This document shows, piece by piece, positions 13,696 to 26,930 of a stretch of DNA of 64,000 bases. Position 1 is the first letter of the stretch. Each line of letters begins with the position of its first letter. The notes under the pieces were generated by a model. That model did no database searches. It was not told the DNA's origin and worked only from the letters and a program-made list of their open reading frames with translations. The stretch covers positions 10,082,035 to 10,146,034 of the forward strand of contig NC_081369.1 in assembly GCF_030684315.1 (NCBI RefSeq), given 5' to 3'. This stretch comes from Stegostoma tigrinum (taxonomy: Eukaryota). The translations under genes and the position numbers were made by a program.

Positions 13696-14307
13696 TTATA
13701 AGGGGGACGGAATGTTCAAACTAGTAGTTAGGGTGCCAATCAAGCAGGCTAGTTTTTCCCAGATGTTTTCAAACTTCTTGAATGACTTTGGAGCTGCATT
13801 CATCCAGGCAGGTGAAGAATAATCCATCACACATCTGATTTGTGCCTTGTTGACGGTGGACAGGCTTTGGGGAGACAAGAGATGAATAAATTGGCACAGG
13901 ATTCCAAGCCTCTGATTCTTTGCAGCATTTATATCGCTAGTCCAGTTCAGATGCTGGTTAATTAGTGTACATTGGAAATTTCAGATTACAACTTTGACTC
14001 AAATTCATGTATACATATTCAAATACTACCAAATAAATGAGTGGGCAAAGAGTAGAAGAAATGGAATGTCTGGTCTCATTCCAACATCTGTGCTGTCTTA
14101 ATTTCTGAAAGAACAGCAGGATCTACTAACCTCAGTTTCAAATTTGCTGTGCACTTTAGTCATCCCTGAGTACTCCTGTTTATTGACAATTTCAAAACCA
14201 TAACCCACTACATTATCAGTGTTGTAATGAGGGAAGACTTAATGTTAATTTTCTCAAAAAGTATGGGATCAATTTGCAATTAATCCTTGAGGGGAATGGG
14301 TATTGAC

Positions 14308-14831
14308 TGCTGCTGGCCTGCTGTGCTCCTTCTGCTCCTCACTGTGTTATTGCTGACTCCACATTGGCAATTCTTACTATCTTGTCATAAAATATCACAT
14401 TATCTTAGGAAGGAGTCACATAACTACAAAAACTGATCAGAATTAACAGAGATGGTCTAAGGAAGGGTCACTGAACCAGAAGTGATAGTCATCTTTACTC
14501 ATCTTTTAACTGTTTTACTTACTGAAACGTCAATCCTGTTAATTCTAGACAAAAACCAATAGAAATGTGGATGCTGTAAATGAGAAGCAAAAACAGAAAT
14601 TGATGGAAATGCTCAGCAGGTCTGGCATCATCTGTAGAGAGAAATCAGAACTAACACTTCTGGTTCAGTGACCCTTTCTTAGACCCTCACTGTTAATTCT
14701 GATCAGTTTTTGTATTTATGTGACTCCTTCCTAAGATAATGTGATATTTTACGACAAGATAGTAAGAATTGCCAATGTGGAGTCAGCAATAACACAGTGA
14801 GGAGTAGAAGGAGCACAGCGGGCCAGCAGCA
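14308..14831. repeat. Long inverted repeat: 181-bp arms (14308-14488 and 14651-14831), 162-bp spacer
   Basis: Arm 2 is the reverse complement of arm 1 apart from a few mismatches, e.g. tatcacattatcttaggaaggagtcacataa versus ttatgtgactccttcctaagataatgtgata. Confidence 0.93.
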
Positions 14832-15733
14832 CCAGTTGAGCTGGACATTGGTGCTAATGAGTGAAGAAATTCAGTTTAATTATTATTAGTAAAGGGAAAG
14901 TACTGGAGAACTTCATGAGAAAAAAAGGCTAAGTGGACTGGTCCTGCTTATAGTGTTAGCTATAGATTTTTAATAGAGTTTACTGCAGACATAGTGGACA
15001 TATTGGATTTAATATTGGAGAATTCCCTACAGCTCTGAATTGGATAATACCATATATAATTTAACTGTTGCAAAAAAGACAAATAAAGAATATGTGGAAT
15101 TGAAGGTAAGTTAGCCTAACTTTCAATCTGTTATAAGGCACGGAGTAACAAGATGCTTAAAATCAGATGTGAACTTATGAAAACTTATTTGTTTTCTCCA
15201 GTTTGACGCTGAGTGCATTTTTAGTTCTATAAGAACTAAAAGTTGGAACATTATCTCAGTATAAAGGGACAGGAATATAGACTGAGAAGAGGAATAATTT
15301 ATATGCTCAGAGTGACAGGAATCTCTAGAATTCTCAATCCCAGAGGGAGATGAATGTCAGTCATTGATAATGTTTAAGACTAAGGTTGATAGACTTGTGA
15401 GCCCTGGGAAATCAAAAAATAATAGTGATCAGGAAAGAAACTGGTACTAAGGTTGCAGGTCAGCCATCACATAATTGAATAGAACAGCAGACTTGAGTAG
15501 TCTGTAAAGCCTCTTTATATTCTGATAGCTAGTGATGTTTTATTGAACGAGAGTACAATATAAAAGTATGCTATTATTCATGTGCATCGCAACTATACCC
15601 AAATTTCTGGTAAGTATTCACCAGTGAGAAGGATCTTGAGGACAGTGTGAAACAGGCTGATATGCTCAAACAGGTTGATGTTAGGAATGACAATAGGCTA
15701 CAAATTTTGAAAAACATGCAGATAGATAAGTCA

Positions 15734-16910
15734 AGGACCGCAACTTTCCCCTCACCGTGGTCGAGAACGCCCTTGACCGCGTCTCCCGCATTTCCTGCAA
15801 CACATCCCTCACACCCCGCCCCCGCCACAACCGCCCAAAGAGGATCCCCCTCATTCTCACACATCACTGCACCAACCTCCGGATACAACGCATCATCCTC
15901 TGACACTTCCGCCATCTACAATCCGAGCCCACCACCCAAGACATGTTTCCATCCCCACCCTTGTCTGCTTTCCGGAGAGACCACTCTCTCCATGACTGCC
16001 TTGTTCGCTCCACACTGCCCTCCAACCCACCACACCCGGCACCTTCCCCTTTAACCGCAGGAAGTGCTACACTTGCCCCCACACCTCCTCCCTCACCCCT
16101 ATCCCAGGCCCCAAGATGACTTTCCATATTAAGCAGAGGTTCACCTGCACATCTGCCAATGTGGTATAATGTACCCACCGTACCCGGTGTGGCTTCCTCT
16201 ACATTGGGGAAACCAAGCAGAGGCTTGGGGACCACTTTGCAGAACACCTCCGCTCGGTTTGCAATAAACAACTGCACCTCCCAGTCGTGAACCATTTCAA
16301 CTCCCCTTCCCATTCTTTAGGTGACATGTCCATCCTGGGCCTCCTGCAGTGCCACAATGATGCCACCCAAAGGTTGCAGGAACAGCAACTCATATTCCGC
16401 TTGGGAACCCTGCAGCCCAATGGTATCAATGTGGACTTCACCAGCTTCAAAATCTCCCCTTCCCCCACTGCATCCCAAACCAGTCCAGTTCGTCCCCTCC
16501 CCCCACTGCATCACACAACCAGCCCAGCTCATCCCCTCCCCCCACTGCATCCCAAAACCAGCCCAGCCTGCCTCTGCCTCCCTAACCTGTTCTTCCTCTC
16601 ACCCATCCCTTCCTCCCACCCCAAGCTGTACCTCCATTTACTACCTACTAACCTCATCCCACCTCCTTGACCTGTCCATCTTCCCTGGACTGACCTATCC
16701 CCTCCCTACCTCCCCACCTATACTCTCCTCTCCACCTATCTTCTTTTCTCTCCATCTTCGGTCCGTCTCCCCCTCTCTCCCTATTTATTCCAGAACCCTC
16801 ACCCCATCCCCCTCTCTGATGAAGGGTCTAGGCCCAAAACGTCAGCTTTTGTGCTCCTGAGATGCTGCTTGGCCTGCTGTGTTCATCCAGCTCCACACTT
16901 TATTATCTTC
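15734..16910 (+). mobile_element. 5'-truncated Penelope-like element inserted into a CR1 RT; 13-bp TSD
   Basis: GIY-YIG region and 3' UTR are nearly identical to the copy at 60.4-61.57 kb. TSD gatagataagtca (15721-15733) / gatagatcagtca (16911-16923). The empty site is in copy B at 43951. Confidence 0.92.
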
Positions 16911-18050
16911 GATAGATCAGTCACTTGGGCCAAATGGGATATACCCAATGTTTTTGCAGGAAGTGAGGGAAGAGATTGCCGTGCCTTTGGCAATGATCTT
17001 TGCATTCTCACTGCCCACTGGAGTAGTACTAGATGATTGGAGGGTGGCAAATATTATTCCATTGTTCAAGAAGGGGAACAGGGATAATACTGGGAATTAC
17101 AGACCAGTCAGTGTTACTTCTGTGGTGGGCAAATTATTGGACAAGATTCTGAGAGATAGTATTTATGATTATTTAGAAAAGCACAGTTTGATTATAAATA
17201 GTCAGCATGGCATTGTGAGGGACAGGTTAGCCTCACAAGCCTTACTGAATTCTTTGAGGATGCCACAAAACACATTCAAGAAGGTTGAGCAGTGGATGTG
17301 GCATATATGGATTTTAGCAAGGCATTTGATAAGGTTCCTCCTGGTAGGCTCATTCAGAACGTTAGGAGGCATAGGATTCAGGGAAATTTAGCTGTCTGGA
17401 TACAGAATTGGCTGTCCATTAGAGGACAGAGGGTGGTATTGGATGGAAAGTATTCAGCCTGGAGCTCTGTGACAAGTGGTGTTCTGCACGGATCTGTTCT
17501 GGGACCTCTGCACTTTGTGATATTTATAAATGACTGGAATGAGTAAGTGGAAGGATGAGTTAGTTAATTTGCTGATGGCCTGAAAGTTGGTGGATTTGTG
17601 GATATTGTGTACAGCTGTTGTAGTTGCAACAGAACATTGACAGGAGGCAGAGCTGGGCAAAGAAGTGGCAGATGGAATTCAACCTGGTAAAATGTGAACT
17701 GATTCATTTTGGAAGGTTGAATTTGAATGCAGAATACAGGGTTAATGGCAGAATTCTTGGCAGTGTGGAGGAACAGAGGGAGCTGGGGGTCGACGTCCAT
17801 AGATCCCTCAAAATTGTTATCCAGGTTGATAGGGTTTTTAAGAAGGTATGCTGCAGTTCTACAAAACACCAGTTAGACCACACTTGGAATACGCTGTTCG
17901 GTTCTGGTCACCTTATTAGAGGAAGGATGTGGAAGCTTTAGAGAGGTTGCAGATGAGATTTACGAGGACACTGCATGGACTGGATGGCAGGTCTTATGAG
18001 GAAAGGTTGAGGGAGCTGGGGCTTTTCTCACTGGAGCGAAGAAGGATGCC
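16911..18050 (+). mobile_element. CR1-type LINE ORF2 (RT) fragment, decayed
   Basis: DDWRVANIIPLFKKG, NYRPVSVTSVVGK, YMDFSKAFDKVP, SGVLHGSVLGPL, WQMEFN..KC. Confidence 0.92.
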
Positions 18051-20369
18051 CATTTGACTTCCTAAGTGTTTATTTCCATGCTGTATAACTATTCAGCGCA
18101 TTGATCGTGCAACAAACAAAGATGTTAAAGTGATATCAGTTAATGAATGACATGGAAAAGCGCTGAAAGTCAACTTGAAATCAAACACCATGGCTCAATG
18201 TGTATTTGTTGGGTGAGAATGTTGAAATCTTTCAGTTGTCAAAACCTAATTTAGCCTTTTCAATTTTAGTTTGTAGTTTGCATTAATCTGAACTCTGCAG
18301 TTTAAATTCTCCATTTACGTAACCTAAACCCCTTAAACCCTTTTTTTTTCATAAGCATTGAAATGAAAATGCAGTTTAATTAAGAAACAGCTGAAACTGG
18401 ATCCTTATTACATGCTATTTATGTTGTGAGCATGTAGAAGTAGACAGCTTAGTGCAATTTATTTGAAAGTTTCAGAGTTAGGTGTCTCAATGAGTTTAGT
18501 AGAAGAAGAAGAGACACATGGTTTCTTATTTGCCAAAAATGAGCAGTCAAGCAGTGAGTATAATTCATCAGAATTTAAGTGAAATACTTAGTTCATTTTA
18601 GTTTGTATTTGGGACTCCAGACAATTTTCTCTTTTTTAAAATCTATTCAAGTAGAAGATTGATAATGATATATATATACACTTACAGTAAGGTTTAATGA
18701 GCACAATTGCTTAATAAGATAAATTAAACTATGTATGACAGATGTGACAGGTCAGGTTACTGCTTCAGGATGTGGGAGCTGATGAAGACCAATGTGATCC
18801 ACAGTGAACTCATTTGTAGCAAATTTGGATAAGAGTGGAGGAGATGGAGCCCAAGCTGCAGGTAATGATTCATGACCTGGTCATTGGCTCTCATCAAAGG
18901 TCAAAATCAATGAACAATGAACATACTGCCCGTCTTCCTCAATTTAACAGCTTTACCAAAGTTAACTGTTTGGACGTGGGACTGTAAATCCACCTCCTCA
19001 TGCATGCACAACATCCCATTCCAGATTGGAACCTTCACCCCAAGGACATCAGCAGGATTGTTTTGGAGTAGGCCTCTGCACAATACTCAGAATGAAACAA
19101 ACGTACCAGATTCTACCAACTATCTGACAAAGTTGTCCAAAGCGCATTCGCACTTCAATTAACCAAAGCTTTTTGACATTAGAGATAAACTGAATCAACT
19201 GGACCTCAAGTCTAAAATGTTGCAGAAAATATATTTGTTTACAAGCCTGCTGACAAAGAGCACTGCCAGAGTTTACATTGTAGTTTATATAATAGGATCA
19301 ATCCCCTCATTGAGTATTGGTCAAGTTAAATTGACCACTGTATTTCACTGCAGCATTCATCCAAATTTCTGTAGTTACTGTGACAAATAGTTGTTGATTA
19401 TACTGGAGAATCAGGATGATTAGCTAGTTATGGCATTTTTCCATGGATTCACAGATTTACCACGTGATTTTACAGTTTTTCTTAACTTTGTAACGTTAAT
19501 GCTTATAGAGTAGTATGTATCTACAATTGTTTCTTCAGCGGAGCTATACAATCGGTAATACAGTACACCATTCAGCCTATGAATTCTGAATCTGGACACC
19601 GTTCAGCTGCATGGCTCCCGATACCTGAATACTATGAATGACCACAAATCTACTTTCACAATCTTAAGTGTTGACATATTCAGCCTCTTGGACAGCAAGG
19701 TCCAGATTCCTCTGAATGTTTGTGTGAAAAGGAAATGTTTCCTCTTTTCATTCATGAATGTTTGGAGTAAATTTTAAAGATATTCTCCTGTTTTGGATTT
19801 TAAATAATGTAAGTTCAGCAATGGATATGGGGTCCAAAAAGGAGAATTTATTTTTGAACAGTGAATTAGGTAGACCTGAAACGGGATCCAGGTTACAGGC
19901 ATTATTGCAAGCTAAGTCGTGCACGAGCATTAACATTTCAAGGAATAACAGTCATAAGGAAAAAAGTAATGTTAAAGTTGTATCAGACTTGGACAGGCGG
20001 CACGGGGATTTGTTTTTGCACTAAATCCGCTCGAGGAGAGCACATCAAAACAACTTATCAAAACATGCCGGGAAAGTCTTCTCTCTAGAAAATTGACGGC
20101 TGAGGCTGACTTGATCAACACTTGTCAAATCATGAAAGAAACTCAGCACGTCTGGCAGCATGTGTGGACAGAGATATATAGTGTTAATGTCATGAGTCCA
20201 CTAGGACTCTTCAGAATTAAAGGAGGTTGCAAAGTTGTTTTTATGCTGATGACCTAGGGTTATGTTCCGGGGGCGTGGGGAGATGGGTGGTGTTCCCGGG
20301 GAATGGGGGCAATTAGAAAGCAACATGTACGCATTGTGAGGGTGCCCAGAGTAAAATATACAAACCATC

Positions 20370-22070
20370 AGACTATAACACATTGGAGCAGAAGTGGACA
20401 TTCAGTTCAGCAAGTCAGCTCCACCTTCAGTGAGGTAATGGCTGATCTAATAATCTCATTTCCTACCTTTTCACTATAACCCTTGATTCCATTACCTATT
20501 TAAAAACCTATCTAGCTCAGATTTGAATATCATTAAAGATTCAGTTTTTACAGTTCTCCGTGGGAAGGAATTCTTCAGATTCACTGCCGTCAGATAGAAG
20601 AAATTCCTTTGCATCTTTGTCTTGAATGTACAGACCCTGATTCTGAGATTATGTCTTCTAAACTAAACTTTTCCATGAGGGGATACAACCTTTCAGCACC
20701 TAACCTATCAGGTTCCATAAGAACCGTCTACATTTTAATAAGATTGCTTTTCACTCTAAATTCCATTGATTAGCCTGCTCCGCCTGTTTTTATAAGACGC
20801 TCCCTCTTTGTCTGGTATCAGCTGAGTGAAACCTTCCTGGTCGGCTTCCAATGCCAGTATGTCTTTCGTTAGAAAACGGTAATGAAGCCGTTCATGGTTT
20901 AAAAGCTACAGTCTGATTTGGGCCTTGCATACGTTTAACAAGTTTTCCCTACTGTATACTCCATTCCCTTTGACATAAAGGGCAATGTTCTATTTGCCTT
21001 CTATATTAACTTTGAAGTTTGGATTCTAGCATTTTTGTGATTCATGGACAAGGATTCAAAAATCGTTCTGTTCCATAGCTTTCTTCAGCCTTTATTATTC
21101 CTGGCAAAGTGTACTCCCTCACATTCTTCAAACTATTGCCCAATCATTATAACATGTTTATATTCCTCTGCAAAACCTGTGCCACCCTCACCAATTGGCT
21201 TCCCAACTGCTTTTGTGCCATCTGCAATGCTGGTTGTAGAACATTCACTTTCCTCATTCAAGTAATTAGTACATATTGTGAACAGTTGTGTCCACAACAC
21301 TGAAACCCATCAAGCTCCATTAGTGTCATAGAGATGTAGGGCATGAAACAGACCCTTTGGTCCAACTAGTCCATGCCGACAAGTGTGCCAAATTAATCTA
21401 GTCCCATTTGCCAGCATTTGGCCCATATGCTACTAAGCAATTTATTTTCACAAACCCATCCAGATTCCTTTTAAATGTTGTGATTGTACCGGCCTCCACC
21501 ACTGCTTCTGTCACCACCCTCTGTATGAAAACATTACCCCTTAGGCCTCTTTTAAATCATTCCCATGTCATCTGAAACCTATGCCCTCTAGTTTTCGACT
21601 CTTACATCCTGGGAAACGAGCTTGGCTGTACACTCTATCCATGACCTTCAAGACTTTATAAACCTCGATAAGGTTACCTCTCAGCCTCCAGTGCTCCAGA
21701 GAAAGTAACCCCAGTCTTTTAAGCTGTTCCCTATGGCTGAAACACTCCAACCCTGGCAACATCCTTGTAAATCTTTTCTGAATCCTTTCAAGTTTCACAA
21801 CATCTTTCCTATAGCTGGGAGACCAGAATTGAATGCAGCATTCCAAAACTGCCCCAACTAGCGTCCTGCAAAGTGACCTCTCAAATCCAATCCTCAGAGC
21901 AATGACCAAGAAAGGCAAGTGTACCAAACACCTTCTTCACTAAACTGTCAACCTGCGATTCTACTTTCAAGGAACTATGAACCTGCACTCCAAGGTCTCT
22001 TAGTTCAGCAACACTGCCCAGGACATTGCCATTAAATGTATTTGTAGGTTTCCATCCTGAACTGTGGAAG
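20370..22070 (-). mobile_element. Two adjacent CR1-type LINE 3' fragments
   Basis: ORF 21568 carries CIQFWSPSYRKDVVKLERIQKRFTRMLPG and RLRGNLIEVYK. A second CR1 subfamily 3' end lies at 20.37-21.3 kb. Confidence 0.8.
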
Positions 22071-23611
22071 GAAGATCTCTATAAAAGATTAGGTTAGAAA
22101 CCATCCAAAAAATAGCAGCTTGAATTTCTGTGGGACCATAGTTGCTTAACTTATAACAAGTAGAAGACAACAGCACCATCCTGACCAGCAAATCTTTTAA
22201 TAAATTCAAAGTTAGAACTGTGAGAATGGAATGCAGCAAATTCAGATAGACGCAGGTTACAGTACGTAAACGCAGCACTGCAAATAAGGCAGTTCATGTC
22301 AAATTGACAAGTCTCAAGCTAAAAGACTAAGGGAGGGTTCCAGTGGAGGGGCTGCTTGGAAGTGGATGAAAGAGTCCATGAAGCTGCATTGGAACTTCTG
22401 CCCCAGAGTTCAACATCATGAATTCATTGAGGTGGGTGCATAATGGGAGAAATTAAATTATTTGTTGAGTATTGATTACCAGCGTCTGAAAATAAAAAGA
22501 AAATTCACCATAGTCTTCCCATGCCAGAGGGCTGCTCTCTAAATTAGGTGGAAAATGAGAAGGAATATTTTATATTGACATCAGCCAGGACAAGAATTAA
22601 ACTCACACATTTGGTGTCGCTCTGCATTACAAAACAGACAATCAAATTAACTAATCTTCATTGGAATAGTGTATACCTTGAGGCTATTGTGAATCAAGGG
22701 CAAATTATGGGATTAGAAGAAAGGATGAAGTCAGAGTAAAGGAGAGACAGGGAAGAATCCAGAAGGGCACCAGTATTTGTGAATGTTTGGAGTTTGTGCT
22801 CCTTAACAACTAAAAGGAAGAAATAATGATTCTTGTTAAAGCTGTGTATGAAACAAAGTATAAAATGGAACTGGCAACTGAGACAGTCTGAGGTAGTTTT
22901 GATGGAGTGAGTGGTTTAAGAGGGTGCATGCAGTGGCTCATGGTACCGGTTATGGGTTTGGGATGAGGTGGGATCAGTTGAGCATTATTGCTGATAAATT
23001 CCTAGCACTTCTGCTGCATCTAGGGAGGATTAAATAATTATGGCAATACCCCATCATGTCCGCCCTCACTCGCTTTTGCAGTCCAGGAAGCAAGCCATCT
23101 AAACCAAACATGTAGCTGCTCTTAGGACAAACGGCATTTCCAGTGCATCCTGGCCAGACTTTTAATACAATTTATTCATTCTACTCTCTCTACTTCGACA
23201 TGTTGTTGGTTTGCCTCTTCTCCTTCGGTCAACATCAGTCAAAATATTCATTAAATTCTCTAATTTTGCATATGGCCTCTCAGTATCATTAACTGTTTTG
23301 TATCAATAGCTACCACAAAACGTTTTGCCACCTTTTTACTAACTAAAGGTTGTAGAAGACATTTCAGCTCCATTTTATTACAGCAGCCATTCAATTCTTT
23401 GACTCTTTACCAAATATTTTCACCTTGAATTCCACTATCAATTTACTGTGTTTGATCTGCTTGCACATGTGGATATTTCTGACTGTGTGTATTTGGATAT
23501 TTGTGTACTAGTGCCCATATATGAACGTGTGTTAGACTGCCTATGCATGCTTATATCTTTTTTGTATGTCTGTGTACATGTGCCAGAAAATTCTATAAAG
23601 TCCTATTCTGA

Positions 23612-24535
23612 CGTCATCTTCAGCTGCTTCACCAATGACATTCCCTCCATCATAAGGTCAGATGGGGATGTTTGCCAACAATTTCATAATGTTCAGCACC
23701 ATTCAATACTCCTCAGACACTGAAGCAGTCGATGTTCAAATGCAACAAGGTCTGGATAATATGCAGGCTTGAGCTGACAAGTGGCAAGTGACATTCGCAG
23801 CACACAAATGCCAGACTATGACCAGCACCAATAAAAGTCATTCTAACCACCACCCTTTGACATTTAATTATGTCACCATCACTGAATTCCCCACTAGCAA
23901 CATTCTGGGGGTTAATATCGACCACATAAACACAGCGGCTACAAGAGCAGGCCAGAAGCTAGGAATACTGTGGCCCGTAACTCATCTCCTGGCCACTGAA
24001 AGCCTGCCCACCTTTGACAAGGCATAAGTCAGGAGGGTGATGGAGTACTCCCCACTTGGCTGGATGAGTGCAGCCCCAACAATACCCAAGAAACCATTCA
24101 GGACAAAGCAGCCTGCTTGCTTGGCATTACATCCACAAACATCCACTCCATCCATCACCAATGCTCAGTTGCAGAAGTGTGTACTATCTACAAGAGGCGC
24201 TGCAGAAATTCACCAAAGATCTTCAGACAGCACTATCCAAACCCATGCCCACTTGCATCTAGAAGATGAGGGCAGCAGATATACGGAAGATCACCACCTC
24301 CAAGCTCCCCTTCAAGCCGCTCACCATCACGACTTGAAAATATATCACTGCTCCTTCACTGTCGCTGGGCCAAAATCCTGGAATTCCATCTTTAATGGCA
24401 TTGTGTGCCAACCTACAGCAGCTGAAATAACAGCGATTCAAGAGGGTGGCTTACCACCACCTTCTCAAGGGCAACTAGGGCTGGGCAAGAAATGCTGGGC
24501 AGTCAGCGATGCCTACATCCCACAAATGAACAGAA
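23612..24535 (+). mobile_element. Second CR1/L2-group LINE family, 3' portion
   Basis: IFSCFTNDIPS, DKWQVTFAAHKCQ and MEYSPLGWMSAAP, with a 3' tail gggcaactagggctgggcaagaaatgctgg. Confidence 0.8.
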
Positions 24536-25384
24536 AAACATGCTTTTCCTTGTTGGTTTATCTACAGTGGCTGCTGATACAGCGACCGCTTTATTTTAAA
24601 AATCTCGTCTCTGGTTTCAAATCACTTTAACAACTTGTACTTGCTGTAATTCTGACCTCTTCATCATCTTTAATTTTCATTAATAGTGGATATGCCCTGG
24701 GGTGCAACATTCCAAATTCAATTCAATTCACAGACAAACCTCTGCCTACCTCTCTTTTAAAGCCTGCTGTTTGATCAAGCACCAGTACTTGATGTTACTT
24801 AGTCGTAATCAAAATTTGGTAACGCTGTGAAGCGTCTGATGAACTTTATACATACGCTATACAATTGTCTTATTGTCACATGCTTTTCTGGCATGTGTAC
24901 AAAGACATACATAAATATATATAAGCTGTATATAGCTCTTGGTACGAAACAGTGAATTATACATGCTTGAGCGTGCGACTGTATAACTGTTTTTCTTTAG
25001 TTCTGTTTTTCTCGTCTCAATTCGTCCTTTTTTTAAATTCTTCTCATATGTCATTAACTCAATTCTGCTTAAAAGCTTCCACCGCAAAGAAGTCTGTTTT
25101 TGACAGTTTTTGTTTTCTAATACACGATTGTTGACACTCAAATGTGAACTGTTACAACTTATCTACTAAAATAGGTCACGACTTCTCGCTCGTTTTTATT
25201 GGATCTCAGCAAGTACCGTTAACATCATCGGAGTTCCGTTTTCTCTGTTAGAGCAGCTGACAGATAATCAGTTAGTTTTTCTTTCGAAGCAATCACATAT
25301 CCAGAGAACTAAGTCGTTCTTTATTGTGTTACTTCAAGCCAGGAAATGTTTCGAAAAAATGACAGTTGTGTCCAGTTATAATGC

Positions 25385-26930
25385 TCACACCTCACCATGA
25401 ATACAGATTTTGACTATGTTTGGACAGAGGCTGTAATGTGGCCATGATTTGTGCGGCCCTGGCAAAGTCCAAACTGAGCTTCATTTAGCACGTTATTGTG
25501 AGAAGATGATACCGTTTAGCACTGTCGATGACAACTTCCATCACTGTAATTATGATTGAGAGTCAACTGATGGGACAGTAATTGGCTGGCTGTATTTGTT
25601 CTGCTTTTTGTGTTCATGGCATACCTGGGAATTGTTCCACATTATCAGGTTGATGTCAGCATTGTAGATGCACAGGAAAATCATGGCTAGGGGAGCAGAA
25701 AGTTGCAGAGCACGAATCTTCAGTATTATAGCTGGAATGTTGTCTGGTGTTGCAGACTTTGCAGTATCCAGCGGCTCAAACAATTATCTTGATATCACTT
25801 GGGGTGGATCGAATTAGCTGAAGACCGGTGTTTGTGATGTTGGGGACCGGGGTGGATCGAATTGGCTGAAGACTGGTGGTTGTGATGTTGGGGACCATAG
25901 CAGGAGACTGAGACGGGCCATCTACTCGGCACTTCTAGCTAAAGTTTACTATGCATGTTTCAGTCTGATACTTTTCACGGGTGTGTTAGCATTTCCAATA
26001 TTAAGGATGATGATATTTGTGAAGCCTCTTCCTCCTCCCGTAAATTGTTAAATTGCCCACCACCATTCACGCCTGGAAGCGGCAGGACATCAGAACTTAG
26101 ATATTATCCATTGATTGTGGGATTGCTTAATCTATCTATCACTTGCAGCTCATCCTATTTGGCAAGCAAATATTTCTGTTTCGTGGCTTCACCAGGTTGA
26201 TGTCTCAGTTTTAGGTATGTCTGGTGTTGCTTCTAGTGTGCCCTTCTGCAGTCTCCACGATCAGGTATCAACCCCCGGCTTGATGTTAATGGGGGGGTGG
26301 GTGGGGAAAATGCCATGACGTTGCAAATTGTACTGCAGTACAATTCTGCTGCTGTTGATGCCCCGCTGCACCTCATGCTTGCCCAGCTATCAATTGCAAG
26401 ATGTGTATTAAGTTTTTCCCATTTAGCACAAAACACAATGGACGGTTTCTCAATATGTAGGCGGGGAAATGACTCCACAAGGCCTGTGTAGTGGTCACTC
26501 CTACCAATACTGTAATGGACAGATACATCTGCTATGGGCAGATTGGTACGTATGAGGTTGAATATATCTTTCCGCCTCTTACTTGTTCCCTCACCATCTG
26601 CCTAAGCCCTAGTCAAGCAGCTATGTCCTTTCAGGTCTGATCAGCACAATCAATAGTGCTACTGGAGAACCACTCTTGGCCACTCTTGCAACATTGAAAT
26701 CCACCACCCAGTGCTCGGTTTGTGCCCTTTCCACTCTCAGTATTACCACCAGGTACTGTTCAACATGGAGGAGCACTGACTCATCAGTCCAGGGAGGATG
26801 GCATGTGATAATCAGGAGGAGGTCCTTGTCCATGTTAAACCTGATGTGATGATACTTCATGGGATCTGGAGTCAATTTGGAGGACTCCCAGGGCACTTCC
26901 ATCCTGGCTGCATACCACGGCGCCCCAATT
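25385..26930 (-). mobile_element. Second-family LINE, endonuclease to RT region, decayed
   Basis: LDTAKSATPDNIPAIILK..A.QLSAPLA (25550-25783) and APE-type segments LLLIITCHPP...DFNV (26621-26902). Confidence 0.78.
25801..25896 (+). repeat. 48-bp tandem duplication (2 copies)
   Basis: ggggtggatcgaatt(a/g)gctgaagac...gttggggacc occurs twice. The paralogous site (~63309) has a single copy. Confidence 0.85.

Larger units (their letters stand above)
14846..26560 (+). repeat. Segmental duplication, copy A
   Basis: Colinear homology with 42890-64000 in blocks: 14.85-18.86k/42.9-46.23k; 18.88-23.2k/51.8-55.72k; 23.43-24.25k/55.76-56.6k (inverted); 25.13-25.2k/56.6-56.67k; 25.24-25.38k/57.51-57.66k; 25.39-26.56k/62.89-64.0k. 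Confidence 0.92.

Noticed and set aside
12992-13822. 276-aa ORF with an internal repeat next to the promoter
   Set aside because: It is antisense read-through of two tandem SINEs plus a LINE fragment, not a gene.
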